DNA of 63,189 nucleotides, counting the filler, from Rhabdomonas costata (lineage: Eukaryota): the NCBI GenBank assembly GCA_019059605.1. It is 56 parts of 56 records of this genome, joined end to end, with 100 filler letters (N's around TTAATTAATTAA, not from the genome) between each part and the next. Parts side by side here need not be neighbours in the genome. Positions count along the whole stretch, not along the records: positions 62,160 to 63,189 come from JAHMHO010032521.1; 55 more parts are not named here. One strand, written 5' to 3'. The notes under the pieces were generated by a model. That model saw only the letters and a list, made by a program, of their open reading frames with translations. It was not told the origin of the DNA and did no database searches. Below are positions 62,697 to 63,189 of the stretch, one piece after another (the stretch's first letter is position 1; every line of letters starts with the position of its first letter). The position numbers and the translations under genes were made by a program.

Positions 62697-63189
62697 TTGT
62701 GGTACACACACGCGCGGAGGAGCACGCACGAGTTTGTTTTATTTTTCTCTATTAACTCTCTCTACAACGCCCACTACATACCACAACCACTCCCCCATAC
62801 CACTCCCTGTGAAGCCCGGCACCATCTGAGTATCAGTTTCTTGACGAGTGAAGAGCTACCACTACTGGAGCACAAACCCGCTTATCGGAGGCTAAAAGAC
62901 AGCAAGTCGAAGCGGATCTCTGACGATCTTCTGTCCACAATTCGCCGATACCACGAGACCTTGAGCTTTGTCGACAGGAATTTCAAGTGGTACAGCAAAC
63001 GAACTACACCAGATGTGCTAACCGATAAGCTCCCGCCTCTTCGGCGACCTCACCAGTTGCACGCTCAACCGATCCACAACCAGAGCTTTAGTAAGCTGCT
63101 CCAATACCTTCCCCAGAAATCCTCAAAAAATCCAACCCCTAAACGTCGAGAAGGCTGACCCATTTTTCGTCCTCGAATCCGCCGAAATA
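62697..63189 (+). mobile_element. Possible pre-RT region of an element related to 6240-6675
   Basis: LPPLRRPHQLHAQP.HNQSFSKLLQ...PFFVLESAE loosely parallels LPLHLPSHPPLLSSKAPNRHSAFFQTL...PTFLTYKSAVK. Confidence 0.35.

Overview
This window is not a contiguous locus. It is 56 unrelated contigs of about 1.03 kb, joined by 55 artificial 100-nt spacers (44 N + TTAATTAATTAA + 44 N). Neighbourhood across spacers is therefore meaningless, and most of the ORF track is spurious. Contig ends are G/T-rich at the 5' side and C/A-rich at the 3' side, as expected from adaptor-based whole-genome amplification. Nearly all contigs come from an intron-rich eukaryote, most plausibly a euglenozoan (euglenid-like). 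That assignment is inferred from an articulin-like VPV exon, many Cache/PBP receptor fragments plus a class III cyclase exon, very relaxed G|GT splice donors and CRE- and Merlin-type elements. Recognisable host exons include RFC1, VPS28, a DBP2/DDX5 helicase, NFX1, KIFBP, NUP93, SLBP, a SET protein, 5-oxoprolinase, a 5'-nucleotidase domain and a TAP-like peptidase. One contig is a bacterial (Pseudomonas-like) phage tail fragment. The most unusual item is a decayed retroelement with a complete trimeric dUTPase directly downstream of its aspartic protease (9037-10067). All calls are by motif recognition from memory; no searches were run.
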